NCBI GenBank assembly: GCA_037441705.1
Contig: JBBIRR010000001.1
Coordinates: forward strand, 128,001 to 192,000
Length of the DNA stretch: 64,000 bases
Source: Ignavibacteriales bacterium
GTDB lineage: Bacteria > Bacteroidota > Ignavibacteria > UBA10030 > UBA6906
Direction of reading: 5' to 3'
Positions 29,709-37,806 of the stretch are shown here, piece after piece. A program made the translations under genes and the position numbers. Position 1 is the first letter of the stretch. Every line of letters starts with the position of its first letter. The notes beneath the pieces are model-generated. The model was not told where the DNA came from. It ran no database searches and saw only the letters and a list, made by a program, of their open reading frames with translations.

Positions 29709-29857
29709 CTTGCGAGCCGTGTTGAATTTCAAGGGAATTTGTGCGGCAAGAGATGAGTACAGCTACGAACGAGTCAGAACGTCAGAAGGTTGGTGCAATG
29801 ATTTCAGTAGCGAAGTGCAAGCGTGGCGGATACTGGTGTCAAATCGGCAAAGGGGGT

Positions 29858-29901
29858 AAAAACACGAACGGGCACCGCAGCCTGCGCCGAATGCCCGTTC
29901 G
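29858..29901 (-). terminator. Intrinsic terminator after 29924..30745
   Basis: CGAACGGGCA...TGCCCGTTCG stem, followed by TGTTTTT on the minus strand. Confidence 0.7.
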
Positions 29902-29923
29902 ATTGTTGTGCAGTTCCGTTCAA

Positions 29924-30745
29924 CTACTTCTCGGCATGCACCCCCGGGCGAAGCGAGAGAGTGAATGCAACAGTGGCCACACTGCCTGCCGTGACAACAA
30001 CTTCCTGACGCTCTTCGTACGGGGCTTCATAGTAATAGGTCGTCACCTTCCCTTTCTGAGTCTCTGTCTTTGTCACCGCCACTCCCTCATGCCACATCTT
30101 GACTGTGTACTTGCCGGGGGGAACATCCGTCAGTTCAAAGCGGCCGTGTGCGTCGGTGACTGCATAGTACGGATGCTCAGCAACCACGACGTATGCGCTC
30201 ATCCATGGATGCCCTGCATCGCAGGTCGCGTGGTACGCTCCCGATTCGGAGAAGCTTCCAGCCTTCACCGAAAAACGAACGCCTTTGATGGGCTGGGCGA
30301 TGTTAAAGATTGTGCGCGGGTCGCTGCCCGGTGCATACGAATGAACGTTGTGCAGCACGGCGTCGCTGTTCACGATGTCAAGCTCCGCGCCCAGGGGCAG
30401 AAGCAGAATGTGCGGTACGTACTCACACGATCGCTGATCGAGAACGTACTTCCGATTCTGCGCGAATGGTTTTCCGCGCGTTATTCCTTCCAGCGATACG
30501 ACCGTGTTCGCAACGCCGCCGCGGGCACCCAGGGCGAGCCTCGGCGACACCTTGCTTGTTCCGCACCAGTCGGGGTCCTTCCCTGTAGCAAACAGAACCG
30601 GCTTCGGCGCGGGACCCGAAATCCGTACCACACCCGTGATCGTCCCGCCGTATTTCACGTCAACAGCCCGGTAGGGCGTTGTCGCAAACACATGCGAGCC
30701 CACAGCGGCGACGATTGCGCCCAACATGACCCAGCTTCGCGTCAT
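29924..30745 (-). CDS. Exported protein with a cupredoxin-like core and a carboxypeptidase-regulatory-like domain
   Basis: Signal peptide; LDQRSCEYVPH; NSDAVLHNVH; CDAGHPWM (C-x3-H-x2-M); TDAHGRFELTDVPPGKY. Start at MTRSW. Confidence 0.75.
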   Translation of the reverse strand: MTRSWVMLGAIVAAVGSHVFATTPYRAVDVKYGGTITGVVRISGPAPKPVLFATGKDPDWCGTSKVSPRLALGARGGVANTVVSLEGITRGKPFAQNRKYVLDQRSCEYVPHILLLPLGAELDIVNSDAVLHNVHSYAPGSDPRTIFNIAQPIKGVRFSVKAGSFSESGAYHATCDAGHPWMSAYVVVAEHPYYAVTDAHGRFELTDVPPGKYTVKMWHEGVAVTKTETQKGKVTTYYYEAPYEERQEVVVTAGSVATVAFTLSLRPGVHAEK

Positions 30746-30785
30746 AACGTCCCTTCTCTTTCGCGTTCTTGTGATGATGGAATAA

Positions 30786-31355
30786 CTACTGACCTTTCGG
30801 CGGAATCGGTTCCGGTACCGCATTCTTCACCGGCGGCAGCGACTTGAGATACGCGAAGATCGCCTTCAAGTCGGCATCGTCGAGCTTGGCAAAATTCTCC
30901 CAGGGCATCGGGGGAAGAATCGGTCGCCCCTCGCCCATGTGCTTGCCCGTTCGAAGCGCCTTGACGAACATTGCTTCCGTCCAACTGCCGAGGCCGGTCT
31001 CAACATCAGGCGTGAGGTTCGCGGCAAAGCTGATGCCCCACGGTCCGCCCCACGTGCTCAGATGCGCGTTCGTAACTGCACCCCACTTGTCGGGACCCAT
31101 GCCGACTGCATCCGGGATCGGAAGAACCTGATCGTGCGCGGGCGCGCCGGAAAGAATCCGCGTCTCATCCAATTCCATTCCTTTCGGTCCAAACTTCTTC
31201 GGAGTGTGGCAGTCGTTACAGCCGCCGAGATTTACCAGATACTTGCCGCGCTCGATGAGCTTGCCGGCCGCAGCGGATTTCTTCTGGGCATCGGCCTGCC
31301 CCAGCATTAGCCCTCCAAACATCACTCCTACGGCAAGGACTCGCAGAGTTTGCAT
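30786..31355 (-). CDS. Periplasmic c-type cytochrome (single CxxCH; c-553-like family)
   Basis: Signal peptide; RGKYLV..GGCNDCHTP; ANLTPD.ETGLGSW; PPMPW. Confidence 0.88.
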   Translation of the reverse strand: MQTLRVLAVGVMFGGLMLGQADAQKKSAAAGKLIERGKYLVNLGGCNDCHTPKKFGPKGMELDETRILSGAPAHDQVLPIPDAVGMGPDKWGAVTNAHLSTWGGPWGISFAANLTPDVETGLGSWTEAMFVKALRTGKHMGEGRPILPPMPWENFAKLDDADLKAIFAYLKSLPPVKNAVPEPIPPKGQ

Positions 31356-31873
31356 TCATGTCTCCTTGATATGTGTGTATGATGAGTTGATTGGGTAGTT
31401 AGGTTTGGTCGAACTTCATACGAAGTATCATTCAAAACGGATGTCTTTCGGCACGAAAGCTCCAGCAGCGAGCGCGCCATGGCTTCGAGCACGACGCCAT
31501 AGCCCATGAGCAGAAGGCCAAACACCGTGATTGCCAGCGGGATATATTCGCCCAATGCTGCTGCCTCTTCCCGAATGGCCGAAGGCAGCATCGGAATCAA
31601 CACGACAAACACCATCAAACCGAACGATCCGCCTGTTGCGTTCAGCGACCGGGGCAGATAACGCTGGAGCAGCGGAAACACCACGCCGCCGGCCACACCA
31701 ATGGACGTCGAGAAAACGAGCGCGGCAAGTGTTCCCTCGATGCTGAACGTCAGCTCGTGGCCGCTCATCAATGCGATGAATTTCATTGCGGCGCGTCCTC
31801 CGACACCGATGAAGAGAAATGCCGAGAGAATGCCTGCTACAACCGATGCTGTCACGACGCGAATCGTTCTCAT
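31328..31873 (-). CDS. Hypothetical membrane protein (about 4 TM)
   Basis: Four hydrophobic segments; GVGGRAAM motif. The hydrophilic tail overlaps the cytochrome start. Confidence 0.65.
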   Translation of the reverse strand: MRTIRVVTASVVAGILSAFLFIGVGGRAAMKFIALMSGHELTFSIEGTLAALVFSTSIGVAGGVVFPLLQRYLPRSLNATGGSFGLMVFVVLIPMLPSAIREEAAALGEYIPLAITVFGLLLMGYGVVLEAMARSLLELSCRKTSVLNDTSYEVRPNLTTQSTHHTHISRRHECKLCESLP

Positions 31874-32049
31874 CGCATAAACCCATCACATGGTGAACAT
31901 ACGGCGGGGCTTGCACATCATCAGCCCCGAGGATTTGAACGGGCATAATCTACTTCAAATCCGTTCGCCGCAACACCGCATGTGGATGTAGGAAGAGTAG
32001 GTCGTCCTGCGGCTCGCCTCCTCCTACGAAGAAGGAAAAGTGATTTCCC

Positions 32050-32065
32050 CCGCATAAGGATGTGG
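32050..32065. promoter_or_regulatory. Imperfect palindrome CCGCAT-AAGG-ATGTGG, candidate regulator site
   Basis: Matches the perfect site at 32819; lies upstream of the membrane protein-cytochrome unit. Confidence 0.45.
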
Positions 32066-32145
32066 GTCGAGTGAATTGCGCGACGGGAAGATCATGCAAC
32101 AGGCGTGGTACCACCACCAGCTGCGTGACCGCAGTCCGACACCCA

Positions 32146-32784
32146 CTAAATCTCTCCGCGAAGCGACTTGCTGATCACTTCCGCTTTGGAGTTGACGTGG
32201 AGCTTCTTGTAGATGTTCTTGATGTGAAAGCGGATGGTGTCAATCGAAATGTTCATTCTGTCGGCGAGCATCTTGTAGCTCAGTCCGTCCACGAGACCGA
32301 TGACGATTTCTTTTTCTTTGGGTGTGAGGACGGATTCAGGAGTTCTTTGCTCGACGGTGGATGGGGTGCTGAAATGTTCCATCACCTTGCGCGCGATTTC
32401 GGGTGACATCACCGAGCCGCCGGCACGTACTGTTTCAATCGCCTTCTTGATTTCGCCCAGGGGGGTGTTTTTCAGGAGATACCCGGATGCGCCGGCACGC
32501 AGTGAATCGAAGATCTTCTGCCAATCATTGTACACCGTCAGCATGATGATGTCGACATCGGGATGCTGTTCTTTGATGAGCCGCATGCCGTCGATTCCCG
32601 ACATGCCCGGCAAGCCGATGTCGCTGAGAATCACATCAGGAAACTCGGTCTGTCTCGCTTTCGCAAGAAACTCCTCGACCGATTCCGCCGCGATCTCACA
32701 CAAAACATCCTTCTGGTGACTCAGATACTTCTGAATCCCCAGCCGAATGTCCTTATCATCTTCAACGATGCCGACGGTAATCAT
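32146..32784 (-). CDS. Orphan NarL/LuxR-family response regulator
   Basis: MITVGIVEDD; DVILSDIGLPGMSG; LTPKEKEI...GLSYK...DTIRFHIKNIYKKLHV. Confidence 0.95.
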   Translation of the reverse strand: MITVGIVEDDKDIRLGIQKYLSHQKDVLCEIAAESVEEFLAKARQTEFPDVILSDIGLPGMSGIDGMRLIKEQHPDVDIIMLTVYNDWQKIFDSLRAGASGYLLKNTPLGEIKKAIETVRAGGSVMSPEIARKVMEHFSTPSTVEQRTPESVLTPKEKEIVIGLVDGLSYKMLADRMNISIDTIRFHIKNIYKKLHVNSKAEVISKSLRGEI

Positions 32785-32818
32785 GGGGCAATAAGCCAAG
32801 AAGCCTGCACAAGGTGAA

Positions 32819-32834
32819 CCACATATTCATGTGG
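32819..32834. promoter_or_regulatory. Perfect palindrome CCACAT-ATTC-ATGTGG upstream of the response regulator
   Basis: 6-4-6 inverted repeat 35 nt before the regulator start. Confidence 0.55.
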
Positions 32835-32899
32835 GGACACTGAGGCACTGCATTCTCAACCGAGGGGACTGCTTGATCGCCTCTCGACCCAAAAACAGA

Positions 32900-33045
32900 A
32901 CGGAGGCTGACCAAAAAGTAGTATTACGTCATTCTGAGCCTCGTTTCTCAGAGGCGAAGAATCCAGAACCGAGCCATTTACTGGATTCTTCACTCCGCTT
33001 CGCTACGTTCAGAATGACAATGGTTACTTTTTGTACAGCCTCCGT
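32900..33045. mobile_element. MITE-like non-autonomous element with nested inverted repeats
   Basis: Terminal IR ACGGAGGCTGACCAAAAAGTA / TACTTTTTGTACAGCCTCCGT (19/21). Inner IRs GTCATTCTGA/TCAGAATGAC and GAAGAATCCAG/CTGGATTCTTC. No ORF. Confidence 0.7.
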
Positions 33046-33051
33046 CGCCTG

Positions 33052-33125
33052 TCGGAGCGGCGGGATTTGAACCCACGACCCCTTGCACCCCAAGCAAGTG
33101 CGCTACCGGGCTGCGCCACGCTCCG
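33052..33125 (-). tRNA. tRNA-Pro(GGG); CCA not encoded
   Basis: CGGAGCGTGGCGCAGCCCGGTAGCGCA-CTTGC-TTGGGGT-GCAAG-GGGTCGTGGGTTCAAATCCCGCCGCTCCGA folds as a cloverleaf. Confidence 0.96.
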
Positions 33126-33145
33126 AAGTTTCAAACTGCATCCCC

Positions 33146-33174
33146 AAGATACGAAACGCTGCCAACGAGTGCAA
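33146..33174 (-). promoter_or_regulatory. Sigma70 promoter of tRNA-Pro
   Basis: TTGCAC-17 nt-TATCTT about 20 nt upstream of the tRNA. Confidence 0.65.
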
Positions 33175-33201
33175 GCACACGGCTGATTTCGTTCGTTATG
33201 G

Positions 33202-35259
33202 CTAACGGCTCGGCTCTACCGCCTTGCGCCCTCCTTCAAGCGGTCCGAAGAAGTTTCCCGTCTGAAGAAACAGCGTGAGCGTTCGAATACTCCAGTTGTA
33301 GTAGTTGTTCTCCAGAGGAAGAGTCGTTGCGACGTTGATGCGATAGGCGGCATCGGCAAATGCCTGGTACGCGGGCCCCGCCGCCATCGCCGCGGCACCG
33401 AACGGGCCGATGAAGATGCTCGTCGGCTCGCTGCGCACCGGCTTGCCGTCGAGGTAATACCCGTTGGCAATATTCGCCGCCCCGATGGACGATGCGAAGC
33501 GAACGATTTTCTCGCAGAACTGCCGCGCGTCTTCGTTGCCGTACCACAGATAGTCCAGCGCGATGCGCCACGGCGTGCGCGCTGCATCCCAATAGTAGTA
33601 ATAGCTCTGCGCGCGTTCGGGCGCAGGCGAGCCGTCCGCGCGACACCAGTCGGGCACCAGACCCGTTTCGGGGTGTGCGCATTTCTTGAGAATCTCATAG
33701 CATCGAGCAATCACTTTGCGCCACCCGGCGTTTCCCGTCGCCGCCTCGAAGGCGCGGTAGTACGCGGGAGCGAAGTAGGACGGATTGAGCATGTGCGAGC
33801 CGCCCCAATCGCCGTCGCCGGGCTTGAGAACGAACGTGTTCTTTTCGACTTCATGTTCCCAGATGCGATTGATGAGAAGCACTGCTTCGTGTTTGTAGTT
33901 GATGGCGCCGTCACTGCACCACTGCCGGTCGGCGAGCAGCAGTGCGAATGCGGCATCCTCATCGGCATCCGTTGCGGCGCCTCCTTCGAGCACCTCGCAG
34001 GTGCTGCCGATGTGCCATTCCATCAGCCCGCGCTCATTCATGAACTTCTTGTAATACAACCAGAGATCATCGAAGAGCGGACGGTCGTTGAAGTTCACGG
34101 CAAGCAGCATCCCATAGCCGATGCCCTCGGACGTCGTCGAGCTCATGTCATCGAACAGAACGCGACGAAGTCCGCACGCGCTATCGCCTGTCACATACGC
34201 ACTCTTCCAACTTTCGTACGACCGCTGCGCGTCAACATGGTTCCGGTATTTGCTCATGATGCCGAACGGGTATGCTGCATTCTGCGGAAAGGGAAACGTC
34301 ACGCAGCCGCCGGCGTTCTTCGTTGACAGGATGGTGCCACTCGTGCCCACGATCAGGCCAACGACAGAATCGGCCATCGCAACGCCGCGCAAATCCTGTT
34401 CGGTCCCACTCGGTCGGCTCACCCACGTGAAACCACCGTCGGTCGAGCGGAGGATGGTTCCGCGTGACCCCACAACCGTCGCGTCGTGCAACGAAGAGGT
34501 CGCCACGTCCCAAAGATCGTGCGTCGTTCCCGATCGTACAGCAGTCCAGCTCACGCCTCCGTTTTCGGTCCGCAAGATGGTTCCTTTATCTCCGACGGCA
34601 AATCCATGTCTGTTTGTGGCAAAACGCATGCGGTAGAGCATCCCCTCCGATCCCTCGGCCACACGCGTCCACGATTCACCTGCATTCGTGGTCCGCAGGA
34701 TGATGCCGTTCGAACCGCAAGCCAGAAAGGTCATCGCTTCAAGGCACTGGACGCCGCGCAAGTCGTTGTTAAACCCGCTCGTACTTTCGGTCCATGTCGT
34801 TCCTCCATCCGTCGTTCGAAGAACAACCCCGCCGTATCCTACGGCAAGGCCCGTCGTTGCCGTGCAGAATGAGACGTCGTACAACGACTTCGCCGTTACA
34901 CGCTGAACCGAGGTCCAGGTTTTTCCTCCATCCGTCGTTCGAAGAATGACGCCGTTCCATCCAACAACATAACCAACAAAAGGAGACACGAAGGCAACAC
35001 CGCTGAGCCAGGTGCCCGTTCCGCTTTGCTGCGCGCTCCACGTTGTTCCGCCATCCGCGCTGAAGAGAATCGTACCGCGTGCGCCGACGGCGACAGCGGT
35101 TCTTCTGTCGACAAAAGTAACGTCAGAGAGCGGAACGGTGACGCCGCTGGTTTGCTGCACCCACTGGGCGTGCAGGCGAGGACTGGCCGGCAGAAGAGTG
35201 AGAAGCCAGCAGGCGATTAAACGGAGAACAGGTTTCAGGCAAGATGTTGTGCGTAGCAT
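33202..35259 (-). CDS. YCF48/Asp-box beta-propeller fused to glycoside hydrolase family 8; no T9SS CTD
   Basis: Signal peptide; about 7 'G.ILRT.DGG.TW' repeats; GH8 motifs TSEGIGYGML, ATDADED, NPSYFAP, GLVPDWC, WDAARTPWR. Its ATG overlaps the upstream TGA. Confidence 0.9.
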   Translation of the reverse strand: MLRTTSCLKPVLRLIACWLLTLLPASPRLHAQWVQQTSGVTVPLSDVTFVDRRTAVAVGARGTILFSADGGTTWSAQQSGTGTWLSGVAFVSPFVGYVVGWNGVILRTTDGGKTWTSVQRVTAKSLYDVSFCTATTGLAVGYGGVVLRTTDGGTTWTESTSGFNNDLRGVQCLEAMTFLACGSNGIILRTTNAGESWTRVAEGSEGMLYRMRFATNRHGFAVGDKGTILRTENGGVSWTAVRSGTTHDLWDVATSSLHDATVVGSRGTILRSTDGGFTWVSRPSGTEQDLRGVAMADSVVGLIVGTSGTILSTKNAGGCVTFPFPQNAAYPFGIMSKYRNHVDAQRSYESWKSAYVTGDSACGLRRVLFDDMSSTTSEGIGYGMLLAVNFNDRPLFDDLWLYYKKFMNERGLMEWHIGSTCEVLEGGAATDADEDAAFALLLADRQWCSDGAINYKHEAVLLINRIWEHEVEKNTFVLKPGDGDWGGSHMLNPSYFAPAYYRAFEAATGNAGWRKVIARCYEILKKCAHPETGLVPDWCRADGSPAPERAQSYYYYWDAARTPWRIALDYLWYGNEDARQFCEKIVRFASSIGAANIANGYYLDGKPVRSEPTSIFIGPFGAAAMAAGPAYQAFADAAYRINVATTLPLENNYYNWSIRTLTLFLQTGNFFGPLEGGRKAVEPSR

Positions 35260-36386
35260 CAGTGCTCCGTGGGAATTGATGATTCGGCAGCTTTGCGCAG
35301 TGTTTCGAGAATGACTTCTGCGTTGCGCTTCAGGTTGAATTCCCGCTCCGCTTTACGCCGTGCATTGGCGCCAAACTCACGACGAAGAGCGGGGTTGTTC
35401 ATCAGCAGCAACAACCTCTCCGCCAGTGCCGCCTCATCCTCTCCACGAATCAGGAAGCCGGTGGTACCGTCCGTCACCATTTCGTCAATGCTGCCAAGCT
35501 CGGTAGCCACTACCGGAAGGTTCATGGCCATTGCTTCCATGATGGCAAGCGGAAAGAAGTCCGCGCGTGTCGGCAGCACGAACACGTCGGCCTGCTTGTA
35601 GAGGTGCAGGAGTTCGGGACTGTTGGGAGAGATGTTCGAATGAATGACGACATTCCGCGGCCTTTCGCCGGCCGCGCTGTTTGTCACAAGATGAAACTCG
35701 CAATTCCTGAACGGCTCATGGCGGGCGATGTTACACAGCAAATCTCCACCCTTCCGCATAAAATGATTGCCCACAAACAGGATGCGCACCTTCGACCCCG
35801 GCATTCGTTCAGAACTTTTCCAGAGATCGAGATCCACGCCCGGCGCAAGGACGCGAATTCTCCTCTCATCCACCCCATAATGTTCGATCAGCGATCGTTT
35901 CACCCAGTTCGACCAGGGCAGAAGAAAGGTCGTGTTCCGATACGTCCGACACGTTTGGAGAAACTTGATGCGTTCGATCAAATGCTTTTGCGATGAAGTA
36001 GGAACGCCGTACCACGCGCGATGCTCTTCCATCAGCAACGGTGTCACATCCATCGCCATCACGCTGGGGACGCGCTTGCGGAAGGTGTTCAAGAACGTCG
36101 CAGGAATGTGGTCGTTGAAATAGACTGCGTCGAATTTCTTTCCCGCTTTCAGCTCCCTGCGGATGCGCGACCGAGCAATCCATCCCCCCTTCAGAGTCCA
36201 GTTCAGCGAAATCGGAGGAATGCGCGCAAGAAGCTCCGGCGGACTGTACTCGATGGGAAGCCACGTGCACTCGACATCGTCACGCGCAGAGACGACGCCC
36301 CGCAGGTTCTGCAGCACCGTCGCCGTACCGCCAAACCACATGCCGGTGAACAAGAAACTCGGTTTGCCCTTATCCGACGAATTCAT
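35259..36386 (-). CDS. Glycosyltransferase family 4
   Basis: PGVD; LFVG...RKGGD; ADVFVLPT...EAMAM.LPVV. Start taken at MNSSDK. Confidence 0.9.
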   Translation of the reverse strand: MNSSDKGKPSFLFTGMWFGGTATVLQNLRGVVSARDDVECTWLPIEYSPPELLARIPPISLNWTLKGGWIARSRIRRELKAGKKFDAVYFNDHIPATFLNTFRKRVPSVMAMDVTPLLMEEHRAWYGVPTSSQKHLIERIKFLQTCRTYRNTTFLLPWSNWVKRSLIEHYGVDERRIRVLAPGVDLDLWKSSERMPGSKVRILFVGNHFMRKGGDLLCNIARHEPFRNCEFHLVTNSAAGERPRNVVIHSNISPNSPELLHLYKQADVFVLPTRADFFPLAIMEAMAMNLPVVATELGSIDEMVTDGTTGFLIRGEDEAALAERLLLLMNNPALRREFGANARRKAEREFNLKRNAEVILETLRKAAESSIPTEH

Positions 36387-36438
36387 GATGCCGTGTTTCC
36401 ATTTGAATTTTTTGTTCGGGTAATGATATTCAATTCGC

Positions 36439-37806
36439 CTACCGCACCAATCGCCCATCCGTGAGGTACGCAGTAAGCAGCCTCGCAACAAAAGCATGCC
36501 CTCGTTCATTCCAATGAGGGTCATCATCAAGCACGAGCGGAAACTCCTCACAGGCACGAAATGCAGGCAGCAGGTTGAACACTACGTAAGGCAACTGCGG
36601 CGCCGCTTCATCAAAGAATCTGAAGTACTCATCCTGATATGGCTCCGAGAGTGCGTACTCGTTTTTCTCCCAGTTGTTGGGACATTCATTCGGATTCCAA
36701 TGCTGAAATCGAGGAGTGACGACCAGAATGAACATCGCGCCAATGTCGTTGGCCTTTGAGGCAATACGATTGATGTGCGCCAGAGTGTTCAAGAAGTACC
36801 CTCGTGTGCTTGCCAGAGGATGTCGGTAAATGAAGAATCGGTTGTGCTCAACGACGCCATCAATCTTCACTGCAAAGTCATAATAGTCATATCCCGCCTG
36901 ACGGGTCACGCTTGCTCTTGCATCGCCCCTGTTCGACAGAGCGTAGCGCACGACACTGAACGGGTAGCTGAGATATCGGCGTATCTTTTCAAGTTGGAAG
37001 GATGACACGTTCCCAAGCGCAGTGTGAAAGCCCATCTCCTCGGTAGACGATTCAGCCAAGTTGAATTGGCTCTGGTCACCATCGCCCTGTATCTCTGCTG
37101 CATATTTCATGTCATCACCGATATCCGTTGCATCCAGAAAAAGGATAACGTGAGTGGGCGCGTAATGGATCACGATGCCGGAGAACAGTCGCTCTTCCAG
37201 AAGTGGCGAGTAGCTGTTGATCCCGGCATTGAGCACCGCAACGTCATTGCGGCCCAGTTGTTCTCGGAGCAGACGCTCGGCGACAGCCGGAAAAGCAAAC
37301 TCCTGTCTCACACACTTTCCGAAGGTGAAGGAATCGCCAAGAAGAGCAATTCGGGTCTTGAAGGCGCGGAATGCTTCACGCGAGTACAAGCTCCTGAGGC
37401 CGTCCTCATTCGTTCGGACAATAACCCGCTTCCCATCGAAGATGCCTGCATTCATTTCCGCGTTCTTCGGAAGCAGATGGTGGTATGTTCTGGAACTGAT
37501 GCCATGGAACTCCGGCATGGCAGCAGGCGGATTGAACATGCGCAGACCCAATTCCACCCCCACCAGGGTTACCAGTACCGTACCCACCAGAAGGAGAATT
37601 TCTCTCCATCGCTGGCGTCCTCTGAACGCGAGGAAGATTCCGATGATGCTGAGGAGCCAATAGGCAACCAGCGAGCCAATGAGTGCCTCGTCAACTTTCC
37701 CGTCCGCCGCAATGAAATCAAGAAGATGCCAGTACACAGCCAGAGCGGCCATCAGGAAGAAGGCCGTAATCGCAACCATGAGGGTGCTATCGGTATTCCA
37801 CTTCAT
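36439..37806 (-). CDS. Membrane-anchored SGNH/GDSL protein (AlgX/AlgJ-like O-acetyltransferase or esterase)
   Basis: Three N-terminal TMs; TNEDGLR; LGDSFTFG; NAGINSY; D-P-H in DDPHWNERGH. Confidence 0.8.
   Translation of the reverse strand: MKWNTDSTLMVAITAFFLMAALAVYWHLLDFIAADGKVDEALIGSLVAYWLLSIIGIFLAFRGRQRWREILLLVGTVLVTLVGVELGLRMFNPPAAMPEFHGISSRTYHHLLPKNAEMNAGIFDGKRVIVRTNEDGLRSLYSREAFRAFKTRIALLGDSFTFGKCVRQEFAFPAVAERLLREQLGRNDVAVLNAGINSYSPLLEERLFSGIVIHYAPTHVILFLDATDIGDDMKYAAEIQGDGDQSQFNLAESSTEEMGFHTALGNVSSFQLEKIRRYLSYPFSVVRYALSNRGDARASVTRQAGYDYYDFAVKIDGVVEHNRFFIYRHPLASTRGYFLNTLAHINRIASKANDIGAMFILVVTPRFQHWNPNECPNNWEKNEYALSEPYQDEYFRFFDEAAPQLPYVVFNLLPAFRACEEFPLVLDDDPHWNERGHAFVARLLTAYLTDGRLVR

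Noticed and set aside
29640-29900. CIRCE/HrcA operator upstream of the hsp20 genes
   Set aside because: No TTAGCACTC-N9-GAGTGCTAA match was found.
31931-31962. GGATTTGAAC matching the tRNA T-arm, considered as an att-site remnant
   Set aside because: The match is only 10 bp, does not extend to the acceptor stem, and no integrase is nearby. It is better explained as one arm of a local GGATTTGAA/TTCAAATCC inverted repeat.
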